This document shows, in pieces, positions 62,323 through 64,000 of a DNA stretch of 64,000 nucleotides. Source of the stretch: an uncultured Bacilli bacterium (GTDB taxonomy: Bacteria > Bacillota_I > Bacilli_A > RF39 > UBA660); assembly GCA_934098735.1 (NCBI GenBank), contig CAKOOS010000001.1, positions 157,541-221,540 on the forward strand, written 5' to 3'. The notes below the pieces were generated by a model. It was not told where the DNA came from, ran no database searches, and worked only from the letters and a program-made list of their open reading frames with translations. How positions within the stretch are numbered: the stretch's first letter is position 1; each line of letters starts with the position of its first letter. Made by a program: the position numbers and the translations under genes.

Positions 62323-64000
62323 CTTTCTTCCTTTCTTCTAAGTATCTTTGAAGACTTATAGCTACTTTTTCTGGTAACATTTCTTTTAACTCTTCTAAAC
62401 TTGCTTCACTAATTTTTTTAATGCTGCCATATTTTTTTATAAGTTCTTTTTTACGCATTTTACCAATGCCATCAATATTATCTAGAATACTTCCTATACT
62501 TCCTTTATCTCGCAAAGCTTTATGATAGGTTATTGTATATCTATGCACTTCATCTTGAATTCTAGTTAAATAATGAAAAACATCACTGGTGCGAGGTATA
62601 TCAATTACTTCTAGGGTATCTCCATCTACTAATTCATTAGTTCGGTGATGGTTATCTTTTCGAAGGCCACAAACTTTAATATTAAGTTTAAGTTCATCTA
62701 GAACACTTTTACAAGCATTAATTTGACTTACTCCCCCATCTACTAAAATTAAATCTGGAAGTTCTAATTTGTCAACAAGACATCTATAATATCTGCGATA
62801 TACAACTTCTTTCATCGTATTATAATCATCATTTTTGTCTACTGTAACTTTGTATTTTCGGTATTCATTTTTGGCTGGCCTTCCATTTTTAAATACTACC
62901 ATACCTGATACAGCAAATGTTCCAAAAAGATTGGAATTATCAAAGGATTCAATTCTATCTAAAACTTTTAATGAAAGTAAATTTTTTAATTCTTCATTAG
63001 CTAAAACACTTCTTTTTTCGTCATTTTTTATAATTTTTAACTCTTGTTCTAGACTAATTTTAGCGTTTACTTTGGCCATATCAAGTAAGTTTTTCTTTTT
63101 TCCTTTATAAGGAATATATACTTTAGTATTTAAAATGCTACTTATTATTTCAAAATTAAGATTCTCTTCAACTAATATTTCTTTAGGAATTTCATGTCTT
63201 TCATAAAATTTTAAAATATAAGAGTTAACTTCGTCTAAAACATCACTCATCAAATAAAATAAATCATTGTTACCGCCGACAATTTTACCATTTCTAACAA
63301 AAAGTATTTGCACAGATACTAATCCTTCATCATAATAATACGATATAACGTCTCGATTAACATAATCATGAAGTTCTACTTTTTGTTTATCTAAAATAAC
63401 TTTTATATAGTCTAACTCTTTTTTTAATTCCATGGCAGACTCAAAATTTAAGTTTGCACTAAAAACATTGATTTTTTCTAATATTTTATCAATTAGTATT
63501 TTATCATTTCCTTTTAAAAATTCTATTATATCTTTTTCCATTTTAGCAAGTTTTTCTTGATCAACATTTCTTTCACAATATCCTAAGCATTCATCTATAT
63601 GATAGTATAAGCAAACATGTTTTGGCATACCTTCACACTTCTTTAATGGATACAATCTATTAATTAAATTTACTATTTTGCGAGCTGCATAGGCATTCGG
63701 ATATGGTCCAAAAAGAAGTTTTTTATCTTTTTTACGAATATTTAAATACCTTGATACTTTTAATCTTGGATATGGCTTGGAAATATATTCGATATATGGA
63801 TACGATTTATCATCTTTAAGCAAAATATTGTATTTAGGATCATATTCTTTTATTAAATTTAGTTCTAAAATAAATGCTTCTTGTTCCGTTTGGGTAGTTA
63901 TATAAGTAAAATCTACTACTTCACTTACCATTTTAGCAGTTTTACCAGTTACATTTCCTTTAAAATAACTATTTACTCTTTTATATAAATCTTTGGCTTT
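62309..64000 (-). CDS. uvrC: excinuclease ABC subunit C, N-terminally truncated by window end
   Basis: GIY-YIG region (KAKDLYKRVNSYF, EAFILELNLIKEYDPKYN), UvrBC-interaction and RNase H-like/HhH C-terminal domains. Frame stays open to base 64000. Confidence 0.85.
   Translation of the reverse strand, partial: KAKDLYKRVNSYFKGNVTGKTAKMVSEVVDFTYITTQTEQEAFILELNLIKEYDPKYNILLKDDKSYPYIEYISKPYPRLKVSRYLNIRKKDKKLLFGPYPNAYAARKIVNLINRLYPLKKCEGMPKHVCLYYHIDECLGYCERNVDQEKLAKMEKDIIEFLKGNDKILIDKILEKINVFSANLNFESAMELKKELDYIKVILDKQKVELHDYVNRDVISYYYDEGLVSVQILFVRNGKIVGGNNDLFYLMSDVLDEVNSYILKFYERHEIPKEILVEENLNFEIISSILNTKVYIPYKGKKKNLLDMAKVNAKISLEQELKIIKNDEKRSVLANEELKNLLSLKVLDRIESFDNSNLFGTFAVSGMVVFKNGRPAKNEYRKYKVTVDKNDDYNTMKEVVYRRYYRCLVDKLELPDLILVDGGVSQINACKSVLDELKLNIKVCGLRKDNHHRTNELVDGDTLEVIDIPRTSDVFHYLTRIQDEVHRYTITYHKALRDKGSIGSILDNIDGIGKMRKKELIKKYGSIKKISEASLEELKEMLPEKVAISLQRYLEERKKDASN

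Overview
AT-rich (roughly 28% GC) chromosomal segment from a low-GC Firmicute, Clostridia/Erysipelotrichia/Bacilli-like. The gene order repeatedly mirrors Bacillus subtilis blocks: yrzL-ruvX-yrzB-mltG-yrrM-yrrN-yrrO-greA, relA-dtd-aspS-hisS, the yrvM(thiF-like)/rarA neighbourhood, and dnaG-sigA-trmK. Housekeeping content: mutS; an ABC exporter; two ZIP metal transporters; lon; murF; tgt; a PfkB kinase; tRNA-CAU(Ile2-type) and tRNA-Leu(UAG); tig; a MOP flippase; relA; dtd; T-box-controlled aspS; hisS; asnS; gatCAB; gpsA; rarA; a XerC/D-family recombinase; mnmA; prepilin peptidase plus PilC; trmK; sigA; dnaG; and uvrC (5-prime partial). No CRISPR array, transposase, rRNA or prophage structural genes were seen. 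Five stretches are not explained by the syntenic backbone. (1) A three-gene insertion after gatCAB: a HerA/FtsK-superfamily ATPase with a HAS-barrel-like N-terminus, between a small TM-anchored protein and a TM-anchored glucosaminidase. (2) An orphan degenerate RnfC-like/RnfD-like gene pair between uvrC and dnaG. The RnfC-like protein keeps the N-terminal barrel and both 4Fe-4S motifs but has lost the Gly-rich NAD/FMN motif. (3) A hypothetical operon (XRE-family regulator with an extra C-terminal domain, then two membrane proteins) bounded by a 545-bp ultra-AT-rich intergenic region. (4) A 38-aa repetitive basic small ORF with a strong RBS, missing from the ORF track. (5) A small RelE/ParE-fold-like protein driven by two tandem consensus sigma-A promoters. 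Further observations: an orphan pilC-pilD pair, candidate structured leaders upstream of the thiF-like and ireB genes, a hypothetical gene between aspS and hisS, and mutS translationally coupled to an ABC exporter instead of mutL. All calls rest on motif recognition by eye. No database searches were run.
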